Below are positions 38,275-49,488 of a stretch of 64,000 nucleotides of DNA, piece by piece. The notes beneath the pieces are model-generated. The model was given only the letters and a program-made list of their open reading frames with translations, was not told the origin of the DNA and made no database searches. How positions within the stretch are numbered: position 1 is the stretch's first letter; every line of letters starts with the position of its first letter. Both the position numbers and the translations under genes were made by a program. This DNA comes from Penicillus capitatus (taxonomy: Eukaryota > Plantae > Chlorophyta): NCBI GenBank assembly GCA_965649825.1, contig OZ287697.1, positions 1,722,351 to 1,786,350 on the forward strand. Reading direction: 5' to 3'.

Positions 38275-41200
38275 ACAGAAGCGTTGTCGCCGCACGGAAG
38301 ACAAGGCAGTCCGCCGGGGACGAAACCTCGTGCCGGCGACGGTCGACGACGCGCCCAGTGCGCACTCACTCGCCGTCGACGCACGACAGGTCTGTGCTCG
38401 AGACTGGGTCGCCTGTTTGCCTCGCCTGTGTAGTCCATTTGCCCGAGTCTCGACTTGTCGACAAAACGAGACGGTGGATATCATCACAGCACGTTGGATA
38501 TTATGTGGACAGAGCGGCAGCATGCTGGAACGTGCTTCCACGGAAGGCCGTCATGTGTGGTCGCTGTCGCGCCAGCGCTGATGACCCCAGTTGCGTCAAG
38601 GGGCACCTACACTATAAAGCCCCTGACTTCGATTTGATCAAGCACACAGCACGAGTCAAAACCTTCTACACTGCGAACAACATGCGAGCGAAGGCTGAAT
38701 CAGTTTGTTCGGCCCTGTTGATCATGAGTACTACCTTCGGCCTCGTCGTCGGATGTGCGTTGACGGCCTCGACGTTGACGCACGCAAGGCATGCACCGAC
38801 ATCATCGCTTTCCGGTGACAGCATGGTTTACTGCTTCGTCACTCACCTGGCTGTTGGTTCTTAACTTCGCAGAACTGGACGACGAGCCTGTTGTGCCCGT
38901 TCCTAGTGCCAAGTCTGTATCGTTCAAACCAACCCTACAGCCTCAAGTACGTCTACCTTCTCTGCACAAGCAACGCGGAGAGGGTCCTATCTCGGCGCCC
39001 AGGGAAGAAGCGACGCGCGGACCCTTCGCCAAGTGAGCCAAGATGGCAAGGCGACAGCAGGTTCGTTCCATTCGCTGTCACGTCGCGCCTCGTAGCTGAC
39101 TGTGCTGTCGCGTTTTCGCTAGAGGTCGCCTGTCGTCTGTCGAAGGCGAGGCGTCGCCGTTATCTGAATGCCAAGACGAGAGAGTGGTTGCTCAACTCGG
39201 CAGTCCTCGACGAGATACAAGACGACCTCCAGCTCATCGTCAACTGTTCTCGACCGGGAGACGTGCTGCTGCTCGACACCACGAAGACAATCCGGCCTCC
39301 TTTACGCACCGTCATCTCATGGCCGCTGACGATCAGCGGCTACGTCCCGGGAGGAGAGCACGACAGGGTCAACACTGCTGCCTCGGAGAAGCGAACCATC
39401 CTCGTCTGTCCGCAGATGAACGAAGGACTGTTCACATTTCGGTAAGCTCAGACTCTATCCGTCCTAATGATGTTAGATGTGTTCGCTCGCAGGACCACTG
39501 ATGTCACTCTGACGGACCTTGTCGTAGAAGGGTGCCTATTCGTCGTTTCTGGCACATCGGAGTCCGTCATCGGCTTCGAAAAGTGTGACCCTAAAGCCAC
39601 CAGGGGACTCACTGGGGGAACCATTCGGCTAGATCGCATCGGATTCAGAGAGAATCGTTTTCTTGGCAGATCAGTTGCCATCCAAGCGAACGCGTCATCC
39701 TGCTCAAAACTGGAGATCGAAGATTTCTACTTCCAGAAGAACACCTGCAATGGAGTCTGCGGTCTTCTTCTCGCCAAAGCGAACAGGCTCCAGAACATCA
39801 CCATCAGACAGAATCGACGAATATCATCGCTCAATGGAGTCAACGATCTGCTTCTGACCGAAGAGAACAGACTTCAGAAACTTTCCATGGAACATTTCCG
39901 ATCGATACCATCCTTATCTTCCAGATCGGTGATCATTTGGGCACCTCCTCGGTCCTCGACATCTGCCGAAAACATCAGTGCTTCGGAGAATAGTTGTGCC
40001 ACAATCGAGGTCGACGGAGGCTCCTTCGGTCTGTCAAACAGCATCTTCAGGAAAAACGCGGCAACCGATGAGGAGGGAGACGACTCCATCAGTGCCTGTA
40101 TCAAGATGAAAGACGCATCTGCTGTCATCCGTGACTGCAGTTTCGAGGAGAACGAAGCAAGTTACGGTGTGGCGATCAATGCTCGAAGATCGAACATCAC
40201 TCTCGAAGATTGTGCATTCCGTGGCAATGTTGCTGGGATGGACGGGACCATCTATCTCCGGAATAGAAGTTCCTTGACGATCGACTCCTGTCGGTTTTCG
40301 CGGAACAGAGCCGAGAAGTCTGGTGGTGCAATCTATGCACAGAATGCCGAACTGAGCGTCACACACTTGACCTGTGTGCAGAACAACGCTACACTGAAGG
40401 GAGGGTGTCTGCACGTGGCCGGGTTCGGCTCAGTGAAGATGACCGACTCTGTCCTGAAAGGAAACAGAGCTCGCTCAGGCGGCGCTCTACATCTCAGAAA
40501 TACATCAGCAGCAATCGACAGCTCGAAGTTTTTATCGAACCGAGCTGAAAAACTGGGAGGAGGAATCCGTTCGATCGGCTCAAACATCACTGCAAATGGA
40601 ATCATAGCTGACGGTAACCACGCTGAATATAGAGGTGGCAGTGTTTCGATCGCTTCAAGATCCAATCTCACCGTGCACGACTCAGTCTTCAAGAACGGCG
40701 CCAGTTCTAGGGGAGGAGCAGTCGAACAGAGTGAGAACTCTGTGGGAAGGTTCGGCAATGTGACCTTCGTGGACAATTTGGTTGATGAGGAAGGAGGCGC
40801 CATCTTTGCGGATAACGCGACAGTGATTATTCATAACGCAAGATTCAGAAATGTTAGATCTGGTACTCAATCGTATCTCTCAGGCCGAGGCGGCTTTCTA
40901 TTCGCGAGGCATCACAGCTCAGTTTTCGTCGAACATGCAACGATGACAAAAGTAACTGCGGGAAATGGCGGGGCGATCTTCTTAGAAGATTCCGTCTGCA
41001 CGGCAAAGCAGCTAAACGTGTCAAAGTGCACTGCAGTATTTGCTGGTGGAGCAGTAGTCGTTGGAAGTTCTGAATTCCTCTGCACAAACTGTCTTTTTGC
41101 TTCGAATACGGTCTCGACTATTGGCGGAGGTGCCATTTATATCACTAAAAACAGACGCCGCAGATCTATTGTCCAATTACAGGAGAGCAAAATAATAAAC

Positions 41201-43266
41201 AATAGTGGGAGATGGGGAGGTGAATCTACTAAATCATGCATTGATGGAGCATCTTTATTGGTTTGTTTCGTAGGGGGTCTTCATGTTTATGACAGCCGAA
41301 AGTGCTTAAAAGACGTATACAAATGCATTGCTGTAGTTATCATTGACACTCAGTTCGAGGGAAACAGTGCCTATGAGGCTGGAGGAGCGATCTTTGCAGA
41401 CCGCTTGGAAAACATCAGATTTCAGTGCAACTCGTCATCCAAGAATGGCAATCTGAAATTCTTGGAAGAAAAAGAATGGAGTTCTTTGAACCGTATTACA
41501 CCCGACACGACTCTCTGTCCTGCGTGGAAAAACAATTCTGCTGGCATCTACGGGGAGGTTGTTGGTACAATGGCCACCATGGCGAAGATGACTGTCGAGT
41601 ACAAGGGAGAGAAAACAGAAGTCTTGACTGGAGAAGGATTCGAAGTTCGAGACTATGTCGGTGGCAACCAGCTGCCAACGCTGTCAGTGGAAATGCTGGA
41701 TGAACTGAAACAGGGTCCGGCGAACGCCAACACGATCGGTCCGGATGGTATGGCTACATTGACAGCATCAGAAGGGTTTCAAGTTGGCAGTTCTTCTCTG
41801 TCTGTGGAAGGACAGACTGCCAACTTTCCTCTTCTGATCGGTTTTGGATTGCCGGGCATCTACAACATGACAATTAGATTCGCGAGGCACGAATGTGCTG
41901 GAGATCATAACAACAGCGCATTTGTCGATCCATTAACCATCACCGTCCATGTGCGAAACTGCACTGTTGGTGAAATGCCCGTCGGTGAGACGAAGATCTG
42001 CAGCAACTGCAGCACCTCTACGTACAACTTCGACCCTGAAGCAGAAGAATGTCAGCCCTGCCCTGAGAACGGGAACTGCAAGACAAGAGTGATCGTTCCG
42101 AATGATGGATACTGGCACGCGTCTCCCTGTTCCGTCAACATTACGAGGTGCCTGACCTCGTATGCATGCAAATTCGACGATCGCGATGAGAGATTGACAA
42201 ACCTGACAAGAGACATGAAGAACTGCAGAATCAACGCTACCACAGTTGAGGAGTATCAGCAAACTCAGTGTGCTGAGGCGAGTGATTGGTCAGCCTTTTG
42301 ATCTTCTGAGTCTTTGTGTTCTGGGATTCAGGGCCACACGGGTCCTCTCTGTGGAGCATGCAACACCTCGTATGGATCCTCCGTGTCTTCCAGATGCGAA
42401 GAATGCCCCACGGCATTCGGCAATGTCATGACGATTTGCTCTGCGACAGTGATCCTACTTATTCTGTCCGGTGTTACGATCAGAGGGACACTGAGTACCG
42501 CTAGCAGCAGACTGGCGATGCTTTCCGGCCATCGAAGAGTTCCCCGCAGTATTCAGCTCAGAGATCTTTCGCTTCCAGCCGAGCCAGAAACGTCTGAGAT
42601 ACAGGCGTCCCAGGAGGAGTCGCCTGCGATCCAAGACACGAACGAATGTCAAGAAAGCCTGACTGTCACCGAAGTGACCCTGGGACAGTGGAGAGCGGTC
42701 GAGATGTTTAAAGTATGAAGCTATGTGGCATTCGTGAGACTGACAGTCTTCGTTGCAGATAATGTTGAACTACGTTCAGATGACAGTGCTGATCGCATCA
42801 CTGGATGTCGGATGGGCAGTTCCTATACTTGTCATGGCAGAGATATCAGGTCCGCATCTGCGAAAGCTGACAGAATGTTTCCACCCTTCATCGTTGTGTG
42901 CTGCACAGAGTTCTTTGGAGGATTCGCGGTGGACAGTACCCGACGTTCTGTTGTTTGTTTGGGCGGACACGACCAGTCACTGCATCCAACCGCATGGGCC
43001 TTTGTCGTGAGTGTCTGTCTTGTTCCTGCATGTGTGGCGTTGGTGTTCATCGTGTTCTGGATCACAGTTGCACCATTTCATCAGATCCGTCGTCCGGTCC
43101 GCTACGTCATGCAGAGATCTCTGCTGTCTCTGATGGCTCTTTGGCATATTACTTCTGTTCCGGTGATCAAGACGACTCTGAGCACAGTCCTTTGCGTCGA
43201 CGCCTACAATGTTCTGCATGCGACGCCGGAGAAGGATGATGAGACGACCATAGATGGGACGAAAGG
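38275..43266. repeat. Recent segmental duplication, copy at 59006..64000
   Basis: Offsets are 20731 and 20734 bp. ORF translations are identical outside 40832..41765, and looser similarity extends left to about 37460/58194. Confidence 0.92.
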
Positions 43267-44005
43267 AGAGATGGTCAGCTACTGGGCAGTTGACACAAGT
43301 CTGAAGTGCTTCGAAGAGGATCACCGGAGGCTGGTGGTTCTGATCATCTCGTTCGTCTCCCTCGTCTACGGTGGACTCCTGATCGCCTTCGTCGCCATCC
43401 TTGGATTCTCAGAAGACCGGCTGAACGACACGGACAGCTGGATCTACCAGTCTGTGGGATTCCTCTACCGCAGCTACGGACACGGGAGGCGTCGCTACTG
43501 GGAGCTTGCAATTGTGGCAAGGAAAGCAGGGATTGCTTTCCTGGTGTTCTGCAGCCATCGCTTCGACAGCGTGCTGCCCATCTTCGGAGCTGCCGTCTTC
43601 CTGACGCTTGCCGTGAGTGTACAGATTGTGGCGATGCCCTACAGGCAGAGTTTCGACGACCTGAACAAGATCGACACATTCTCTCTTTTCGTGTCGCTTC
43701 TGACGACACTTCTTGCAGCCATGATGAAGAGTGAGAGTCCTACCATTGATGCTGGTCGCTCAGCTATCTCATTTCTGTTTGTTTTCCTCAACATCACGGC
43801 TCTCGCCGTTCTGCTCTCGTTTCTTTTTCGTTACTCCGTTGCCTACGTTAGACTCTCCCTGAGAGAAAGCGGAACGAGAGTGGATTCTGATGCCACTGCG
43901 CTGCATGTGCTGGGGATCTGGTTGTCTTGTATGACTCGGAATCTGGCTGTTCTTCTTGGGTTTTCCAAGCACGATGACAAGTCGAGCATCTGTTCCGGCA
44001 TGTGA
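38682..44005 (+). CDS. Pmp-like beta-helix / Cys-rich / multi-TM protein (unit 2 copy), multi-exon
   Basis: Start MRAKAESVCSALLIMSTTFGLVVGC. Introns 38815-38872, 38948-39003 and 39061-39123 restore the frame into the N-cap. Main exonic ORFs are 39467..42301, 42314..42718 and 42725..44005. Confidence 0.87.
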
Positions 44006-45827
44006 TCTTTCTTTTTTGTCCGTTCCACATACATCATTCTTTTGTTTTCAAGCTGAGTGGAAAGCGGAGCCTTTCTAACTCATGACGAACTTTACACCCC
44101 TGCAGCCCTTCGTACCTTCATATCTAATCCTAGTGTGTGAGGGCTGTAGCGAAGATATGGCCGAGTGTCACTCTTCGAGATATGACGATTGTTGTTTAAT
44201 TGACTTGACGAAAAGATGACGCACGTACGCCGATCGCGTCGGCATCGAATGAACAGAGCTCTGAGGTTACACAGGCGAAGAGTGTGCATGGTGCGACCAA
44301 GAATTTGTCCAACACACGGTGCTGACAATCCGAAGTATTCGACGAAACGACTTCCATGGCCGAGACCACAGACAGACGATTGATTCTTCAGATGACGCTT
44401 GCATTGAAGCCGACGGCCGCTCAAGGACCCTCGAACAGAACGGACACGTCAGCTGCAATCGCGATTCTATGTTCTCCACCACAGCCAACCGCGCAATGAA
44501 AAACTCATCTTTCTCCGCTCGTGGCGGCGGGAAATGCTGTTTAGAGAGCGATCGGCGAGAAAACCTCAAATGGAGAAGACGTCTGGGCTGGTTTCGTTCT
44601 CACGCACATTCTAAAAGCAGGCGATAACAATCCAGCGCGGCGAAAGAACGTGCCATCGGTTTTTCATGGGGGATGAAGGCGATACGAGAGTCGATGCATG
44701 ATCGTTCGCACAAACCTTCAGAACCTGTCGATGTCGCCGTCTTCTGCGCGTTATCACGTGAAGGTCGAAGCGCTGGGTACCGAATGTCCTTAACGCCTAC
44801 AGGAGACGAGCCCTTGGGAAGACTTTCGACCAAGGCGTGCCCTATAGCAGCGAAGGTCAACTATTCTGGACGTGAGGAAATCGACACCGTGTGGAGCATG
44901 GGAATGCAAGAAACATGAAAAACCAGCTAACAACACCAAATCGAGTAACTTACCGCATTCGGCGACCAAACTCAAGCTGCCGAAGTGAAACGCAAACCCA
45001 AACAGTCGTGTGTTTTCAAGACGCTCCAAAGAAGGTTGTCGCTTTTCAAGAAGCAAAGATCACTCTTTCTTCCAGATTTGAGAATAGGTCGTTGACGGGG
45101 GACACGCAGAGGTGACGGGTGTCGATGTGACAAAAGGGCTCGCTGAGTTTTTGGAACGAGTGCTGCAACGAATGGTGCGGAGACGGTTGATCCAGAGCCT
45201 CTAGTGCCTGGAGCCTAGAGGACTAAAGGCTAAAGTAGTGTCAAGCCGAGGATCCAGTGATTTGATTGATGTGTCCAAGAAGACAATGAAATGACCTGTT
45301 GATACAAAAGATCCTAGACTATGTGGATAATGCCCTTTTAACAAAACACTGCAACCTCGTTTTTAAGACAATTCATCGCGATGGGATCACAGTAGACTGG
45401 GCAAAACTTGTGTCGGAGCCACTCGAGTCCTCCGATTACCAGAAGATGGTAGAGAAGTGCTGCTTAAGGTTTTAGAATACTTCCTTTTTCCCTCCCAAAG
45501 GCGACCATAGAAACGCCGCCCACCAACTGTGGATCAGACCTATTCTCATGTCCTGAGTGCGTGTCAGATGTCGATCTTGATCTGTAACAGCGCAAAAAAC
45601 GACAGCGGGGCCAACCAAGAAGGTCGTTAGCAAAAGCGACGACGCGGTAGTCATCCGTCGGTCTGTGCGGTTAGTTCTTCGCCGTCGAGGAACGTTTAAC
45701 CGCTTGTTGGATTGTGAGTTTGGTTATCGGCTGTTCTGCGCTCAATTGTTGACTTTTCTGTGCACTGACTTGCTATGAACTTTGGTTGCAGTACTAGCGA
45801 GGCCCTTTGCGGGGGTCCTCGATCTAT

Positions 45828-46017
45828 TCGTTGCGAGCCCTTTCGTTCAAAATTTGGTAAACCTTAGCGAATACGAAGGCATCTCATTGCTCATCTGCTC
45901 GCTGACATTCGTGTCTGGCCTTTTCTTCAACGACGAGCGTACCTCGGATACTGTACGAGTCCTTTTGACAATTCTTCGGGTTTTTTTGCCAATCTGGGAA
46001 CGATCGTGTCTTTCATG
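45828..46017 (+). pseudogene. Relic of the TM domain of a paralog of the 2506..9064 gene
   Basis: It encodes EYEGISLLICSLTFVSGLFFNDERTSDTVRVLLTI, versus EYEGLSLLICSLTFVSGLFFNDDRTSDAVRVLLTI in ORF 2506..3699. The flanks are frameshifted. Confidence 0.85.
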
Positions 46018-46246
46018 TGTCAGTAGAAGTTGGCTCTTACTTCGTGACTGCGTCGTTATTTAGGGGTTCCATCTTCCAAGAGGCACTCATGAGTGGTTCA
46101 TGTCATCTCAGGGTTCCTTTTCTATGGCTCTGGGAAGTGGGTGACTCATCTGCCTAGACAAGTCATGTCACGTGCACCGTATGAATACGTGAAATATGAA
46201 CCTGTAGATACCTTTGCCCTGTAAACGTGAAAGCATTCCTCTGACA
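46018..46246 (+). mobile_element. Solo LTR (229 bp) related to the satellite-element LTRs
   Basis: Termini are TGTCAG...CTGACA, with flanks TCATG/ACATG (4/5 TSD match). It shares TTTTxTATGG..CTGGG...GA.TCA.CTGCCTAGACA with the 55656..55921 LTR. Confidence 0.65.
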
Positions 46247-46296
46247 ACATGACAGTATGATGATTAAGATGAAAGAAAATGATGACGTGACAAGGG

Positions 46297-46519
46297 TGTC
46301 AGAAGGAGTGAAGCCGTCCCAACGTGACTGCCTCGTTGTCTAAGGGTTCTGTCTCCGAAGGAAGGCCTACACGAGGTTTACGTTAGCCCATGGATCCTTT
46401 CCCGTGGTCCCGATAGGCCGGTGACTCATCGGTCATGTCGCCTGTGGCATACAAATATGCGAACGTAGACCATTTTTACCTTGCTCTGTAAAACAATTCC
46501 TCTGACATGGTTTCGGAGC
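46297..46519 (+). mobile_element. 5' LTR plus PBS of a truncated LTR element
   Basis: TGTCAG...TTCCTCTGACA (46297..46507) is similar to 46018..46246 and is immediately followed by TGGTTTCGGAGC (46508..46519). No partner LTR was recognised. Confidence 0.7.
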
Positions 46520-47365
46520 TAAGACAACGCTTATCGTTCTGTCTTCCTGACTTTGTCCACATTTCACAACAGTATTCCTCAGAGCTGTCGCATAATACGT
46601 AAAGACGACCCTGAACGTCGAAAACATTGATTGTGGTTCACAGAGTGGATCTTTCATGTGATCCGTGTGTATCTTTTTTTTGCTATTCGAGAACCTGAAC
46701 CGAGTTCTCAATTACACTGGGAGACGACCGGTGAGGACGATCCCAGCCAACACTCCTAGTGCTTAAGTGCATGTATTGTATCTTAAAACGTCACGGTCGA
46801 AACAGAAATCGCAGTCGGACTGTTAAACATCGCCGTTTGGTGTTCCATTGTTTTCCCGGCAAATGCGATTTCTTTTTTAGTCTATGTATATGTGTCTGCT
46901 TGTGTTTGAGTCATTCTCAATTGTCTCTTTAGATCTGTCAACGCGTCTTCTTTTCTAAGGCGTGTTAGCCGTTACATCCTGTCGATAATGTGTGACGTGT
47001 AATGGAAGGCGGAAAAGCTCACGTGATGCGAAAGAAATCTTTGCGACCTTGACGTGTGGATTGATTAGACTCTACGGCATTCTCTCAAAGAGATGTCTGC
47101 GAGGTTAGGGAGATTGAACATCTCTTCGGCGAATGCGGTCGTCTCGTGTAGACAATGATGAGTGACTGTCCTGTGAAAGAGGTTCGGGTCGATGCGCGCA
47201 TTCAGACACAGCTTCAAAGAAAAGAGTGGTGCCGTATTTGATTAATAGACAGTTGGTAGATGGATTTGACAAAGCCTGGTTGCAGAAACCCTTCGACGAA
47301 TCATGCTTCATTGTTTGGACAGCAACCGGCAAACAACACCCAACAACGCCGTCCACTTCAGACGG

Positions 47366-47598
47366 TGTTGTGAGAATTCGCTCGGAAAGTTAAGCAGTGC
47401 TCGTTCGCGGTTTGCTATTCGTATGCAGAAACGTATAGAACACAGTTACAAATCTGTGATCGTGTGCGTCCGTTTGTCAGTGAACAGCTGTCCACCTTCG
47501 TGCAGCTAGCTGCCACGGGACGCGTTGATGTGACATTTGACGCGTATAAATCCGAACGATTAATTGTTACAACAATCTTTATAACCAGTGTGTGTGGG
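47366..47598. mobile_element. LTR-like fragment flanking the Gypsy element
   Basis: It starts with TGT exactly where homology to 27495 ends. It shares AGTTACAAATCT and CACGGGACG with the solo LTR at 54063/55992. Confidence 0.5.
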
Positions 47599-47777
47599 TG
47601 TCAGACTAAATGAGCACAATGAAGGCATCCCGACGGCATAAGAGAAGTCGCATCAGAACCTACTACATGTCACATCAAAACCCTAGCACTATAAAAGGGG
47701 GACAATTGCGTTGTTTACGTCATTCTGTTTTAAAAGTCTTCCGCTAATGCGTGTGTTTGTTCACCTACGACGCGACA
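47599..47777 (+). repeat. 5' LTR of the Gypsy element
   Basis: TGTCAGAC...GCGACA, with TATAAAA at 47690. I counted 7 substitutions versus the 3' LTR (about 96% identity). Confidence 0.95.
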
Positions 47778-47789
47778 TGGTTTCGGAGC
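47778..47789 (+). promoter_or_regulatory. Primer-binding site TGGTTTCGGAGC (initiator-Met-tRNA-like)
   Basis: It abuts the 5' LTR and differs at two positions from the plant tRNA-iMet PBS TGGTATCAGAGC. Confidence 0.85.
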
Positions 47790-47800
47790 ATCGATCCAAG

Positions 47801-48154
47801 ATGCGACGTTGTTTCTATGTTCTGGCAGCCCTACTTCTATTCGGGCTCGGTGGAGTTGGAGGTCAGGCGGAGGCTAAATCCACCCTGGACCGGAAGTTGA
47901 AGATGGACGACGAGATCAACTTTCAAGATCTCCTGGAGGCGATTAAAAACAATCAAGACGCAACGGAGAACTTACAAGAGGTTGTTGACAATATTGTGGA
48001 GATCGTATCCGTTCTGGCGGCAGACGCTGCGGCCGCTAAGGCGGCAAAGGAGGAAGCCCAGGGTTTCGATGTCGAGCTGGAATTCACATCGGAAACGTGG
48101 CATTGCGTCAAGGAATGTCTCCGTCTTTTTTTCGAGGATGCTATGAGCTCATAG
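47801..48154 (+). CDS. Retroelement ORF1: signal-peptide-like N-terminus plus acidic coiled-coil-like segment
   Basis: MRRCFYVLAALLLFGLGGVGGQA-EAKS. It overlaps ORF2, which lies in the -1 frame, across T TTT TTC (48127..48133). Confidence 0.7.
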   Translation: MRRCFYVLAALLLFGLGGVGGQAEAKSTLDRKLKMDDEINFQDLLEAIKNNQDATENLQEVVDNIVEIVSVLAADAAAAKAAKEEAQGFDVELEFTSETWHCVKECLRLFFEDAMSS

Positions 48155-49488
48155 TCGGCATCGTGGGTCGATTGGGCATAGCGTGGAATCAAGGAGACTT
48201 TGTTACAAAGTCTCCGTTGACCTTCATGATATACAACACGGTATGCACCATACCGGGTGCCGTTCGAAATGCTGTGTGGTTCGTGGTCCAAGTATGGACT
48301 GCGTACAACGCCCTACGTAGCTGGTTGAGGGGAAGCCCTAAACTTGAGAAGGGCGAAAAGATGAACGACTCGATTGAAAGTTACGAGGAACTGACGCAAG
48401 TCCGTCGGTATCGAGAAGAAAGACTCCAAGACTTCGTCGACAGACTTGTCACGAAGTGGAAGACCCTCACACCCAAGATCTCAGACGCAAGATTCCTGAG
48501 AGTGTTGAAACAACATTTTCCCCGAGAATTCCTGCAAGGCCTGCACGATCTCAATCTTGACGAAGTGAAGGTGAATACAGTGATCGAAAAGTGGAACAAT
48601 TTCTGCAAGTGGACAGCCCCTCCGGCGAACAGAGCAGCTCCCCGGGCAACGCAGCCCACGGCAGCGAGAGTGCAACCAGTCAGAAGGGATGCGAGACAAA
48701 ACCCGCAGCAGGGACAGCAGCAGGGACAGCAGCAGGGACGACAAGACGAGAGGAGGTGCTACAGATGCAATCAGCCAGGGCACTTGTTTGCCCAGTGCCC
48801 TTTGAATGCCCCGGGTCGCTATAACCGAAGGGCAGTTCAGGAAGTTAATGTACCAGAAGGCTACGAGTTGACACCTGCCCCATACAACGCCCAGTGGGAG
48901 CAAGAGGGACGATGCGATCGAGAGCCACCGTCGCCGTGTGCACAGTGCGGCGAGCGCCATTGGACTAGCCATTGTCCGAGTCGTCAGCCAAGTTCGAGCT
49001 CCCATGCAGAAGCAGAGGCACCGAGACAGGTCTTTCACGACGAAGGGTCGGACACCGAAGAGAGCACTCGTCGCACCGAGAGCGTGAGCGTTTTCTCGAT
49101 TGCAAAGACAGGGACTCCCTTTATTGCGAAGAAGATCCACATCACGTTCCAGTTCACGAACAGGGACAAGAAGGTTCAGCCGGTGAAGGCGTTGGTTGAC
49201 ACCGGTAGCTGCGCAAATGTCGTCTCATTCTCGGCGCTTCAGAAGTTGGGATACGCTAAGACCGACCTCATACATGACGCAAAAGTACCTTCAGCATTAG
49301 CCGGGTTCGCAGGCGAGGACGCCAGAACACTTGGAGGCATCTTCCTCAAGGTGCGCCTGGGAAGCGTCACCCGCGATATACCGTTCATCGTGATGAACGA
49401 CGTCCTGACGCACTGCATCATTGGTATGCCGGCGATTGACGCATTTGACCTCCACATCCGTGGACGGGCACGTGCAGTGTCTTTTTAG
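48097..49488 (+). CDS. gag: Retroelement ORF2: hydrophobic segment, Gag (two zinc knuckles) and aspartic protease
   Basis: Motifs are YEELTQVRRYREERLQDFVDRL (gag-like), CYRCNQPGHLFAQC, CAQCGERHWTSHC and ALVDTGS...IIGMPAI (protease). Confidence 0.9.
   Translation: MALRQGMSPSFFRGCYELIVGIVGRLGIAWNQGDFVTKSPLTFMIYNTVCTIPGAVRNAVWFVVQVWTAYNALRSWLRGSPKLEKGEKMNDSIESYEELTQVRRYREERLQDFVDRLVTKWKTLTPKISDARFLRVLKQHFPREFLQGLHDLNLDEVKVNTVIEKWNNFCKWTAPPANRAAPRATQPTAARVQPVRRDARQNPQQGQQQGQQQGRQDERRCYRCNQPGHLFAQCPLNAPGRYNRRAVQEVNVPEGYELTPAPYNAQWEQEGRCDREPPSPCAQCGERHWTSHCPSRQPSSSSHAEAEAPRQVFHDEGSDTEESTRRTESVSVFSIAKTGTPFIAKKIHITFQFTNRDKKVQPVKALVDTGSCANVVSFSALQKLGYAKTDLIHDAKVPSALAGFAGEDARTLGGIFLKVRLGSVTRDIPFIVMNDVLTHCIIGMPAIDAFDLHIRGRARAVSF

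Noticed and set aside
38358-38864. ORFs 38358..38864 and 58792..59595 as separate genes
   Set aside because: Only their 3' ends (from MRAKAES) are exon 1 of the receptor genes. The rest is open promoter sequence with no recognisable motifs.
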